Assembly: GCA_964426725.1 (NCBI GenBank)
Contig: CAYRRV010000010.1
Location: 155-64,154, forward strand
Source of the DNA: an uncultured Bacteroidales bacterium
GTDB taxonomy: Bacteria > Bacteroidota > Bacteroidia > Bacteroidales > CAYRRV01
Direction: 5' to 3'
DNA: 64,000 bases
Below, piece by piece: positions 56,775-64,000 of the stretch (positions within the stretch are counted from its first letter, which is position 1; each line of letters starts with the position of its first letter). The translations under genes and the position numbers were made by a program. The notes below the pieces were generated by a model. It did not search any database and had not been told where the DNA came from. It saw only the letters and a program-made list of their open reading frames with translations.

Positions 56775-57128
56775 TTACTCCTGACCCGGCAGGTATAAGG
56801 ATTTATCTCCCTGTTCACCTGTTCTTATCCTGAATGCATCCTGAATTTCGGAAATAAAGATTTTTCCATCCCCGATTTCCCCGGTTTTTGCTGAAGTGAG
56901 AATAGCGTTTACCGCCGGTTCAACAAATTTGTCCCGGCAATACATTGAGATAAGTATCCTTTCTATTGTACTGGTATCGTAAACGATTCCACGGTAGGCT
57001 CTTCCTTCACGCGCCTGACCAACACCGCGAACTTCCCAGAAAGAAAAGAACTCGATACCCGCCTCGTGAAGTGCTTCCTGCACCTCATCGAACTTTGACT
57101 TGCGGATGATTGCTTCAATTTTTTTCAT
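56775..57128 (-). CDS. glnK: P-II family nitrogen regulatory protein (GlnK-like)
   Basis: 'MKKIEAIIRKSKFDEVQEAL' and 'GDGKIFISEIQDAFRIRTGE'. An alternative ATG lies 6 nt upstream (57134). Confidence 0.85.
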   Translation of the reverse strand: MKKIEAIIRKSKFDEVQEALHEAGIEFFSFWEVRGVGQAREGRAYRGIVYDTSTIERILISMYCRDKFVEPAVNAILTSAKTGEIGDGKIFISEIQDAFRIRTGEQGDKSLYLPGQE

Positions 57129-57169
57129 TCCCATGATACATGTATTTTAAATAATAAATACTTTTTATG

Positions 57170-57850
57170 TTAAAGAGAGAACCCTACTACCACGTAAAAT
57201 TGTTCCTTGTCCGGATTGAGTATTACAGCCCCGCTAACAGGGAGTGAAAAGCTGTCTGATACCTTTATTTCTTTGCTTGTACCTATACCCACGTTACACA
57301 AGTTGAATTCGCCATCAGATGTGTGCCATCCGTCTCCACCGCCTACAAATAAATCAATATTCGTGAAACTGTAACCGAGCTCGAAATACATGTCACCCCC
57401 GGCAGATGCGGCACCTCCTGCCTCGTTCAGCACGTAGTTACCAGCCAGCGAGAGGCCTGAGATTTCATAGCCCAGGTTTAATTCCAATGCATGTGCACCG
57501 GTTTCTTTTGAATAGTCGAAATACATGAGGCCGGGATAATAGTAATCGGTAATCCCGATGCTCAATCCAAAATCGAAACTGTAAGACGCGTAAAGATCGG
57601 CTTCAGCACCCTCGGATGAAGTAAAACAAAATGATCCCCATGAACCCAGCGTGAAATTGCCGGCACTGAATTCAACAAATGGCTGAATCGCCGGACCAAC
57701 ACCGAATTTTGTACCTCTCCAAACATAATTACTGTATACATCTGCACCAACACTGAATGGCGAGGATACTTCTTCTGCTTCCTGAGCAAAAACCACACTA
57801 TTAACTCCCATCAGGGTAGTTAAAATTAAGATTGCAAGCGTTTTTTTCAT
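57170..57850 (-). CDS. TorF-family putative outer-membrane porin
   Basis: Signal peptide, then 'VYSNYVWRGTKFGVGPAIQPFVEFSAGNFTLGSWGS' and 'EADLYASYSF...GITDYYYPG', which fit the TorF/Gcw_chp pattern as I recall it. First gene of the glnK-amt unit. Confidence 0.55.
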   Translation of the reverse strand: MKKTLAILILTTLMGVNSVVFAQEAEEVSSPFSVGADVYSNYVWRGTKFGVGPAIQPFVEFSAGNFTLGSWGSFCFTSSEGAEADLYASYSFDFGLSIGITDYYYPGLMYFDYSKETGAHALELNLGYEISGLSLAGNYVLNEAGGAASAGGDMYFELGYSFTNIDLFVGGGDGWHTSDGEFNLCNVGIGTSKEIKVSDSFSLPVSGAVILNPDKEQFYVVVGFSL

Positions 57851-57894
57851 GATAAATTGATTTAGGGTTACTAATAATTATTACATTCACGCCA

Positions 57895-57902
57895 CAAATA
57901 TA
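57895..57902 (-). promoter_or_regulatory. -7 box (TATATTTG on the minus strand) for the porin-glnK-amt unit
   Basis: The plus strand reads CAAATATA, 45 nt upstream of the ATG at 57850. Confidence 0.4.
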
Positions 57903-58005
57903 TAAATAAATTTTAATAACCCTAAAAAAACAGGGGTAAAAATGAAAAAAAATATAAAAAAGTAATTAATAGATAATAATTATAGGGGGGTATATTAAAA
58001 AAAGA

Positions 58006-58042
58006 TAAAAACAATAAAAAAGCCGTGTTGATTTTACACGGC
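58006..58042 (-). terminator. Intrinsic terminator after the lipocalin gene
   Basis: Stem AGCCGTGT (58020-58027) / ACACGGCT (58035-58042). The minus strand continues TTTTTATTGTTTTT. Confidence 0.65.
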
Positions 58043-58138
58043 TTTTAATTTTTAATAAGCAAATATGTGGTGAAGCGTCATTTTGCAGAAATATTGTCTT
58101 TTACTTGGGGTACGTGGCGGAAATCAACTGCTATTTAA

Positions 58139-58669
58139 TCATTGAGATAACACGGGGCAGTCTTGCTTTGTTTTTTTCAAATTAGTAAGGTCAAACCCTC
58201 TTTCTTGAAGGGTGCTTGTTATTTTTTTATACTTTTCATTTTCCATTTGTTTATTCCTGGATAAAATCCACAGGTATTTTCTTGATGGGTCTGATACAAC
58301 AGCCCATGAATAGTCACTGGCAAGATCAACAATCCAGTAATTTCCCCTGAAAGGCCAGAAAAACTGGACCTTGAGTTTTGAATTATTGCTATTTTTCACT
58401 GGAAAAGCCTTTCCGGTTATATCTTTCACTTTTCCATCTTTCGTGCTTACACATCTGTTATATACTTTTATGTAATCTTTACCCGTGAGTGTATATTCAG
58501 CGGAAGTACATTTGCAATTTTTCTGGAACCTGGCAGGTATAGTGGCAATTTCATACCATTTTCCCGCGTATTTTTCGATGTTCACCTGGTTTACTGTTTC
58601 CGGGGGTGAAATATGACGGTTACATGAGAAGAGCATAATCATTAATACAGGTATATAAATTTTAAACAT
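58139..58669 (-). CDS. blc: Bacterial lipocalin (Blc-like outer-membrane lipoprotein)
   Basis: Own lipoprotein signal 'MFKIYIPVLMIMLFSC'. Lipocalin motif 'YAGKWYEIATIPARFQ'. 'YWIVDLASDYSWAVVSDPSRKYLWILSR'. Start set at the internal ATG (58669) of the 246-aa track ORF. Confidence 0.8.
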   Translation of the reverse strand: MFKIYIPVLMIMLFSCNRHISPPETVNQVNIEKYAGKWYEIATIPARFQKNCKCTSAEYTLTGKDYIKVYNRCVSTKDGKVKDITGKAFPVKNSNNSKLKVQFFWPFRGNYWIVDLASDYSWAVVSDPSRKYLWILSRNKQMENEKYKKITSTLQERGFDLTNLKKTKQDCPVLSQ

Positions 58670-58879
58670 ATCCGCTCGCATCACCCCCATGCTTACTACA
58701 GGGAGTTTTAATCCTGTTTTTCCAAGGGCGCGATAAATAATCTTGTCTGGTTTCATAAAGGATGGAAGGTAAGACCGGGCCTCATTATTCAATAAAACAG
58801 GTGTGGCAGCCAATCCTGCAAAACCTGCCGTATTTAGTTTTAAGAAATTTCTACGTTTTATATTTTTTCCTCTCTTCAT
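58670..58879 (-). pseudogene. Stub of a Tat-signal aldo/keto reductase (first ~70 codons only), in frame with blc
   Basis: Twin-arginine signal 'IKRRNFLKLNTAGFAGLAA', then the AKR N-terminus 'IIYRALGKTGLKLPVVSMG'. The rest of the AKR barrel is absent. Confidence 0.6.
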
Positions 58880-58959
58880 GGCATTTGATTTTTATAGCTA
58901 AGCTATGCATTTTTTTCTGAAATGCCATATGTTTACACCATGCTGTGCAACGCGGGATA

Positions 58960-61428
58960 TTAAAAATCCGCGTCTTCCATGTTCATTCCTCCACCCCCTT
59001 CGCCATTCGTGCCTTTTTCCCGGTTTTTGTAATTGTTTATCTTATAGCTAAGCGTGAGCATAACGATTTGTGATTCACGGGTAAAAATAATGTCATTTCG
59101 GAAACCGGGTCCTGAAGTGTTGAATGAATAACGCATGGATCCAAAAATATTGCGTACCTGCAGGGTTGCCGAGAGAGTCCGTTTAAGAAAGTCCTGGCGG
59201 AAAGCAGCATTCATTCCCCAGAAACCATCCCTCTCGCCCTGGGCAGTTACAGTAGGGCCGAAATAGAAACCGTTTACCTGGAATCTCGTTGTTGGGCTTA
59301 ACCTTGCCGTGGTATTTAACCGCATGTCCCAATTGAAGCTTTCTTTCACCGTTTCCTGATCGGTAACCGCACCTTCCAGCTTGTAGTAATAGCCATTTCC
59401 TGTTAAGTTCACGCGAAGCCATTTCAGGGGTTCGATATTTAACATTAACTCGCTGCCAAGAGCATGATCACGGTCAAGATTTTCATACTTGTGAATGGTA
59501 ATATTGGTATCGGGCACTTGCTCGAGAATCCTGGTTATCTTGTTATTGGTAAGACGGTAATACGTTTCAAAAGAGATGAAATTCATCCCTGATTTCTTGT
59601 GATAACCCAATTCATAGGAGTCTATATATTCCGGTTCTAAATCAGGGTTTCCTTCCCTGATGTTATACCGGTTCATGTAAGTGGTGAAAGGTTCCAGGTA
59701 ATATCCCCGGGGCCTTTCGATTCTTCTTGAATAACTTGCCAGTACCTGATGATCATTTTGGAATTTTTTTGACAAATGGATGGTCGGGAAATAGTCCAGG
59801 CGATTGATCACGAATTCTTTAGCAGAGCGGGTATCTGAAAGTCGCCGGTCCGTGTATTCTGTTCTCAATCCCAACTGGTAATCAAAAAACGACATGGACT
59901 GGGAAAAGGTAAAATATCCCGCCTGTATATTCCTGTTGAATTTCATGGAACTGGAATAGTTCTCGTTATTGATGTACTCTCGCGTTTCCGGGTCAAATTC
60001 CTCGAAAAGAAACCCCTCGTTATCCGAGTCAATCCTGGATTGATATCCTGCTTCCAGTTTGCCATTATCAAAGGGACGTGTATAGTCTGCTTTTATTCTT
60101 ACCTGGTAACCATCCCCGACTTCGTTAGTACGTATTTGTGTTATAGGCAACTCATCGATTTTATTCCACTGTTCATCGGTTAAATATTCCCATTCCTGCT
60201 CTTCGTCACCTCCATTATTGGTATTATAATAGAGTAAGCCCGTGATTTCATGGCCTTCTTCATTGAACTTCTGATTGTAATTCATGTTCAAACTATAATA
60301 ATCTCTGGAACGCAGTGATTGGTCTTCTGTAAAAAAGTATAAATTAGTTGTTGAAGGAGTGGTGAACTCGTGCATATTGCCTGAACTTGCCCGGCCACCT
60401 TTATATTGTCCCACGTCACCCGAAAGGGTTAATGTAATCATATCATTAATATAATAATCGAAACCTCCTTTCAATACTTTTCCCTGCCGGGTGAAAACTC
60501 GTTCCATTTCGGTTTGAACAAAAGTGGTGGTGTCATTATTAAAAATTTGCCGGGTGCCTTCCATGTTCCCGTGATAATTCATTTCATTGATATCGGCACC
60601 CACGTATGCATTGAATTTACTAGTCTTGTAGTTCAGCAGGAAATCTCCCGAGTACTTGTCGCGTACCCCTGCCGTTGCATTCACGATACCGCTGATTCCA
60701 CCGCCCCTGTTTTTTTTCAGCACGATATTGATAATACCGGCCATGCCATCCGGGTCGTATTTAGCGGAAGGATTGGTAATAATTTCGATATTTTTAATGG
60801 TACTTGCCGGAATTTGTTGCAATGCATCGCTTCCTTCCAGCACGGTGGGCTTACCGTCAATTAAAACCGTGAAATTGCCACTTCCCCGCAGGGTCACATT
60901 TCCTTCTATATCTACATTAACAGATGGTGTATTCTCGAGCACATCTATTGCAGAACCCCCGGCGGCCGTCAATTCCTGTCCCACGTTCACAACTTTCCGG
61001 TCGATCTTGTATTCTATCCGGGCCTGGTCTGCCACGACTTCAACACCTTCAATGTTGGTAGCAGCCTGGTTGAGTTTCATTTGTCCAAGTTGTATGTTGG
61101 GATTTTGAGAAGAAACATTTAGATTCTTGTAGATTTTATCGTAACCAATAAAATTGATGGTCATGTAATATCTCCCGGGTCTAATCTTATTAATGGCAAA
61201 ACTTCCATCGGGGCCGGTTATCGTTCCCGTTACAAGTGATGAATCTGCTTTCCTGTAGATGGCAACATTCGCGTATTCTACAGGTTGACCAGTTTCGCTG
61301 TCAATTACAGTTCCCTCTACCTTGCCTTTTGCCATGGCCGGTGTTCTTTTATCCTGGTTATTTGATTCCTGCCCATGAATAATATGAAAAATGGTAATGA
61401 TCCCGCAAAAAATTAATAACTTCTTCAT
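58960..61428 (-). CDS. TonB-dependent receptor / outer-membrane beta-barrel family protein with carboxypeptidase-regulatory-like domain
   Basis: 'VEGTVIDSETGQPVEYANVAIY...YYMTINFIGYD'. Plug 'NVTLRGSGNFTVLIDGKP'. Barrel ending in Phe. Start set at the ATG 'MKKLLIF' (61428); the track ORF starts 6 nt earlier at a TTG. Confidence 0.85.
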   Translation of the reverse strand: MKKLLIFCGIITIFHIIHGQESNNQDKRTPAMAKGKVEGTVIDSETGQPVEYANVAIYRKADSSLVTGTITGPDGSFAINKIRPGRYYMTINFIGYDKIYKNLNVSSQNPNIQLGQMKLNQAATNIEGVEVVADQARIEYKIDRKVVNVGQELTAAGGSAIDVLENTPSVNVDIEGNVTLRGSGNFTVLIDGKPTVLEGSDALQQIPASTIKNIEIITNPSAKYDPDGMAGIINIVLKKNRGGGISGIVNATAGVRDKYSGDFLLNYKTSKFNAYVGADINEMNYHGNMEGTRQIFNNDTTTFVQTEMERVFTRQGKVLKGGFDYYINDMITLTLSGDVGQYKGGRASSGNMHEFTTPSTTNLYFFTEDQSLRSRDYYSLNMNYNQKFNEEGHEITGLLYYNTNNGGDEEQEWEYLTDEQWNKIDELPITQIRTNEVGDGYQVRIKADYTRPFDNGKLEAGYQSRIDSDNEGFLFEEFDPETREYINNENYSSSMKFNRNIQAGYFTFSQSMSFFDYQLGLRTEYTDRRLSDTRSAKEFVINRLDYFPTIHLSKKFQNDHQVLASYSRRIERPRGYYLEPFTTYMNRYNIREGNPDLEPEYIDSYELGYHKKSGMNFISFETYYRLTNNKITRILEQVPDTNITIHKYENLDRDHALGSELMLNIEPLKWLRVNLTGNGYYYKLEGAVTDQETVKESFNWDMRLNTTARLSPTTRFQVNGFYFGPTVTAQGERDGFWGMNAAFRQDFLKRTLSATLQVRNIFGSMRYSFNTSGPGFRNDIIFTRESQIVMLTLSYKINNYKNREKGTNGEGGGGMNMEDADF

Positions 61429-61430
61429 GT

Positions 61431-61460
61431 TCAATCTATTTCAATCTATCCTCAATCTAT
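61431..61460. repeat. Three tandem copies of TCAATCTAT (ATAGATTGA on the minus strand) abutting the TBDR start codon
   Basis: Copies at 61431-61439, 61441-61449 and 61452-61460 (period 10 and 11 nt). The last copy on the minus strand ends 2 nt before the ATG. Confidence 0.85.
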
Positions 61461-61582
61461 TTCACTTTATGTTTTTTTGTCAAACACATAACTATATATA
61501 AACTAATGGAAACTAAAAAGGTTTAACGGGGAATTTAAAAAATAATTGTAAAAAGTAATCATCGAATTATTAACTACTTTAA

Positions 61583-61900
61583 TTCAAAAAGAGAGAAACA
61601 CTAAATGTATTGTTGTTGTATGCTGAAGTTGAATTCCTTCTGGGTAATACTACCGGACCAGGACTCGATGCCCTTAACGAAGTTAGGTTAAGAGTTGATA
61701 TGCCCACGATTGATGCGCTTTCTGTTGAGGCGATTAAGCACGAGAGAGATATTGAGCTGGCATATGAGTTTTCACGTTGATTTGACCTGGTGCGTTGGAG
61801 CTTTGATCCGGAATGTGATATCAATTTTGATGAAATAGAATGGGGAATCGATGCTGAAAATTCGGTGAATCCTTGCCTTTATGCTCAGTGCTTGTGTTAA
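61583..61900 (+). pseudogene. SusD/RagB family C-terminal remnant with an in-frame TGA replacing a conserved Trp
   Basis: The translation 'LLLYAEVEFLLGNTTGPGLDALNEVRLRVDMPTIDALSVEAIKHERDIELAYEFSR*FDLVRW' matches the SusD tail 'AE......N.VR.RA.LP......I..ER..ELA.E..RWFDL.RW'. The stop is at 61778-61780. About 400 N-terminal codons are missing. Confidence 0.75.
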
Positions 61901-61935
61901 GGAAGAGCCTCAGGATACTTCTGCTTCATTCACTA

Positions 61936-62112
61936 CTAATATTCCCTTATTTCACCCTTGTTCATCATGGTCGGGGTGATGAGAATCACATCTTTTTCCA
62001 ACTTCCAGGCAAGGTTTCCCCCGTAGCCTGTTACGTACATCTTGTCTGCTAAATGGTGACAAACCTTTAGAAATGATTTAGTCTCTTTTCGATATTTATC
62101 CAGTAAGGTCAT
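61936..62112 (-). pseudogene. Class II aldolase/adducin-family gene truncated after 58 codons
   Basis: The minus-strand translation 'MTLLDKYRKETKSFLKVCHHLADKMYVTGYGGNLAWKLEKDVILITPTMMNKGEIREY*' matches the N-terminus 'G.GGN.S.....-..ILITP'. Full-length proteins in this family are about 200 aa or longer. Starts 11 nt after the dehydrogenase stop. Confidence 0.65.
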
Positions 62113-62123
62113 GTTATGTAATT

Positions 62124-63161
62124 TTAATCAAAGTCGATCATTGCTTTCATTACCCCATCCTGGTAGTTGCTAACCAAATCGAAAGCTTCTTTTGTCTGTT
62201 CAAAAGAAAAGCGGTGGGTAATCATAGGCTTGATGTCGACCTCCCCACTGGCAATCATTTCCAATGCTTCATCTACCGATTCATTTTGTCTTCTCACGTT
62301 TGTAATGGTAATTTCTTTATGGCGCAGCTTGTCGACACTAAACGACCACCGGTCAAACTCTGGAATACCAATAATCATTAATTTACCACCTGGTTTCAGT
62401 AAATCAACAGCCTGATCAACGGCATCCTGTTGCCCGCATGCTTCAAAAACTACATCGAGCATTCCGGGTTCGATACCGGTAATGTCTTTTACAATATCCT
62501 GTTTATCCGGATTACCAGTCCAAGTGGCCCCGGTTTTTTTTGCAAGTGCCAAACGGTCCTCGATTTTATCGGTCACGTATATTCTGGATGCTCCCCTGGC
62601 CAACGCTGGTAAGAGAACACTCATGCCAATCGGTCCGAAACCAAGTATTCCTATTTTTGCATCTTTCATGGATACAGATTGATTTACAGCATACACCCCG
62701 ATTGAAAGAGGTTCGGAAATGGCTGCATCATCCAGTGTTAACCTGTCATCAATAGGAAAACAACTTGTATCGGGCATTACAATGTATTCTTTTAAACATC
62801 CCTCGGCCTGAGCAGGGCATCCTAAGAACCTGAGGTTCCTGCAGGTATGTGGTCTTCCGGCGAGGCACTGGTCGCACTCCCAACATGGCATGGCGGGGTC
62901 TATCGCGATCCGGTCTCCGGGCTTCACATTTGTAACGGACGCGCCTGTTTCCGCGACTATTCCTGCTGCTTCGTGTCCAACAGGGAATGGATATTGCACG
63001 ATCTGACTTCCTATTTTCCCGGTAGTGTAATAATGCACGTCCGACCCGCAGACACCAATCGTGGAGAGCTTAATTTTAACATCATTATCATGTACTACCA
63101 TTGGTTCCGGGATTTCTTTCATTTCCATCTTCCTGATCCCGGTTAACATCATTGCTTTCAT
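62124..63161 (-). CDS. Zinc-dependent medium-chain dehydrogenase (sorbitol / L-iditol / threonine dehydrogenase-like)
   Basis: 'GVCGSDVHYY', 'GHEAAGIV', structural-Zn Cys cluster 'CWECDQCLAGRPHTC', and Rossmann 'ILGFGPIG'. Confidence 0.85.
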   Translation of the reverse strand: MKAMMLTGIRKMEMKEIPEPMVVHDNDVKIKLSTIGVCGSDVHYYTTGKIGSQIVQYPFPVGHEAAGIVAETGASVTNVKPGDRIAIDPAMPCWECDQCLAGRPHTCRNLRFLGCPAQAEGCLKEYIVMPDTSCFPIDDRLTLDDAAISEPLSIGVYAVNQSVSMKDAKIGILGFGPIGMSVLLPALARGASRIYVTDKIEDRLALAKKTGATWTGNPDKQDIVKDITGIEPGMLDVVFEACGQQDAVDQAVDLLKPGGKLMIIGIPEFDRWSFSVDKLRHKEITITNVRRQNESVDEALEMIASGEVDIKPMITHRFSFEQTKEAFDLVSNYQDGVMKAMIDFD

Positions 63162-63184
63162 ATCGAAAAAGTTAATAATTAATG

Positions 63185-63192
63185 CAAAAATA
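63185..63192 (-). promoter_or_regulatory. -7 box (TATTTTTG on the minus strand) for the dehydrogenase operon
   Basis: The plus strand reads CAAAAATA, 24 nt upstream of the ATG at 63161. Confidence 0.4.
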
Positions 63193-63250
63193 TAATATCA
63201 AATCAATAATACCATCCTGTGGTGTCCTGTTGTTACAACAAAAGTTTGCT

Positions 63251-63258
63251 ATTTTTGT
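63251..63258 (+). promoter_or_regulatory. -7 box TATTTTTG for the divergent GntR gene
   Basis: Exact TAnnTTTG match, 17 nt before the ATG at 63276. Confidence 0.4.
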
Positions 63259-63275
63259 GCAAACAAATTGTCGAA

Positions 63276-63530
63276 ATGCACCCAGATGAACTCATAAACG
63301 ATAAATCCAGCACCCCCAAGTACATGCAGGTATTGCAATTAATTATATCAGATATTGAATCGGGTATATACAGGCAGGGAGAAAAGATACCCTCTATTAA
63401 TGAGACCAGCGAGGAGTACCTGATTGCAAAGGATACAGTAGAGAAAGCTTATCGTGAATTGCGAACGAGGGGTATCATTAAACCTGTGAAGGGTAAAGGA
63501 TATTTCGTTGAAAATACCCGTGCATTATAA
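63276..63530 (+). CDS. Short GntR-family winged-helix transcriptional regulator
   Basis: 'PKYMQVLQLIISDIESGIYRQGEKIPSINETSEEYLIAKDTVEKAYRELRTRGIIKPVKGKGYFV'. ATG start preferred over the track's GTG at 63219. Confidence 0.75.
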   Translation: MHPDELINDKSSTPKYMQVLQLIISDIESGIYRQGEKIPSINETSEEYLIAKDTVEKAYRELRTRGIIKPVKGKGYFVENTRAL

Positions 63531-63558
63531 CACGGGTATGTCTGTTTAACATGATTGT

Positions 63559-64000
63559 ATGAAGAAAAAATACATCGCCAATATACAAAAGAAGGTTATC
63601 AAAACGATAGCCCGTTTGCAATTGATTGAAAAATATGATGTTGTATTAATAGGGGTTTCTGGTGGAAAGGATTCCATGGTGTTGTTGGATATTCTTGGAA
63701 GAAAAAAGGTCTTGTTTCCATTTCAATTCACGCTGAAAGCAATACATGTTGAAACTGATTTGGATTTGTATAAAATGGATGTGGATTTTATAGCACGGTT
63801 GTGTAATGAATTGGATGTAGAATTTATCAAGGAACAAATTTCATTTTCACCGGATAATTCAGGTGAAAAATCCACGTGTTTTTTATGTAGCTGGAACAGA
63901 CGTAAGAAACTTTTTGATATGACCCGGGAACTGAAGTGCAATAAGCTCGCGATGGGACATCACATGAATGATGCGGTAGAAACACTGTTGATGAACATGA
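63559..64000 (+). CDS. PP-loop ATPase, TtcA/TilS-like tRNA-modifying enzyme (3' end outside the window)
   Basis: My own translation gives 'MKKKYIANIQKKVIKTIARLQLIEKYDVVLIGVSGGKDSMVLLD...CFLCSWNRRK...LAMGHHMNDAVETLLMNM'. It has the SGGKDS PP-loop plus CxxC and GHH.DD..ET motifs. Absent from the ORF track because it runs off the end. Confidence 0.8.
   Translation, partial: MKKKYIANIQKKVIKTIARLQLIEKYDVVLIGVSGGKDSMVLLDILGRKKVLFPFQFTLKAIHVETDLDLYKMDVDFIARLCNELDVEFIKEQISFSPDNSGEKSTCFLCSWNRRKKLFDMTRELKCNKLAMGHHMNDAVETLLMNM

Noticed and set aside
58670-58879. Treating the full 246-aa ORF as a single native protein.
   Set aside because: The lipocalin part has its own complete lipoprotein signal peptide and ATG. 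The upstream 70 codons are a recognisable fragment of an unrelated enzyme family. I therefore annotated them as a stub plus an intact blc, and flagged the in-frame junction as a finding.
61579-61824. An 81-aa minus-strand ORF.
   Set aside because: It is antisense to the plus-strand frame that translates convincingly as a SusD C-terminus, and it has no motifs of its own.
1-64000. CRISPR arrays, rRNA genes, IS elements or transposases, integrases, prophage blocks, restriction-modification or toxin-antitoxin pairs, and a duplicated tRNA-Arg 3' end (att site).
   Set aside because: I saw no regularly spaced identical repeats of CRISPR type. I saw no transposase, integrase or phage structural motifs in any long ORF. 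I saw no second copy of the tRNA 3' half by eye. The only mobile-element-like gene is the HNH endonuclease.

Overview
This looks like a chromosomal segment of a Bacteroidota-type genome. The evidence is T9SS type A and type B C-terminal sorting domains, a PorP/SprF gene, SprB-type repeats, three TonB-dependent receptors (two with carboxypeptidase-regulatory N-domains, one followed by DUF4249), a 286-aa primary sigma factor, and recurrent TAnnTTTG -7 boxes. I cannot place it below phylum level. I support about 40 intact CDS, one tRNA-Arg(ACG), several intrinsic terminators, and no CRISPR array, rRNA, transposase or integrase.

Gene content, in order:
- A sensory cluster: MCP fragment, two histidine kinases and a methyltransferase.
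- A minus-strand run rbp-csp-flavin oxidoreductase-rpoD-CSD protein.
- An amidohydrolase and a peroxiredoxin.
- A TBDR/DUF4249 pair.
- A tightly coupled ~15 kb five-gene secreted-protein locus (15486-30487). It includes a 1487-aa orphan protein, an FN3-like protein, a 1941-aa SprB-repeat T9SS protein and a putative beta-barrel.
- An AT-rich Fic islet.
- A T9SS PQQ-dehydrogenase and a GNAT flanked by sulfatase remnants.
- A PorP/SprF gene plus a 1922-aa type-B-CTD adhesin.
- A DUF4914-like P-loop protein and a free-standing NUMOD4/HNH endonuclease.
- A TBDR opposite a YfiR-like hybrid kinase.
- A Trp leader-peptide attenuator (WWWW) in front of a stand-alone trpB2.
- A TorF-porin-glnK-amt operon.
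- A lipocalin fused in frame to a Tat-signal aldo/keto-reductase stub.
- A sugar-alcohol operon truncated at a SusD remnant.

The candidate undescribed system is the 15 kb surface locus. The best sequence-verified regulatory find is the trp attenuator. All calls come from reading the sequence and translations by eye. No database search was run.
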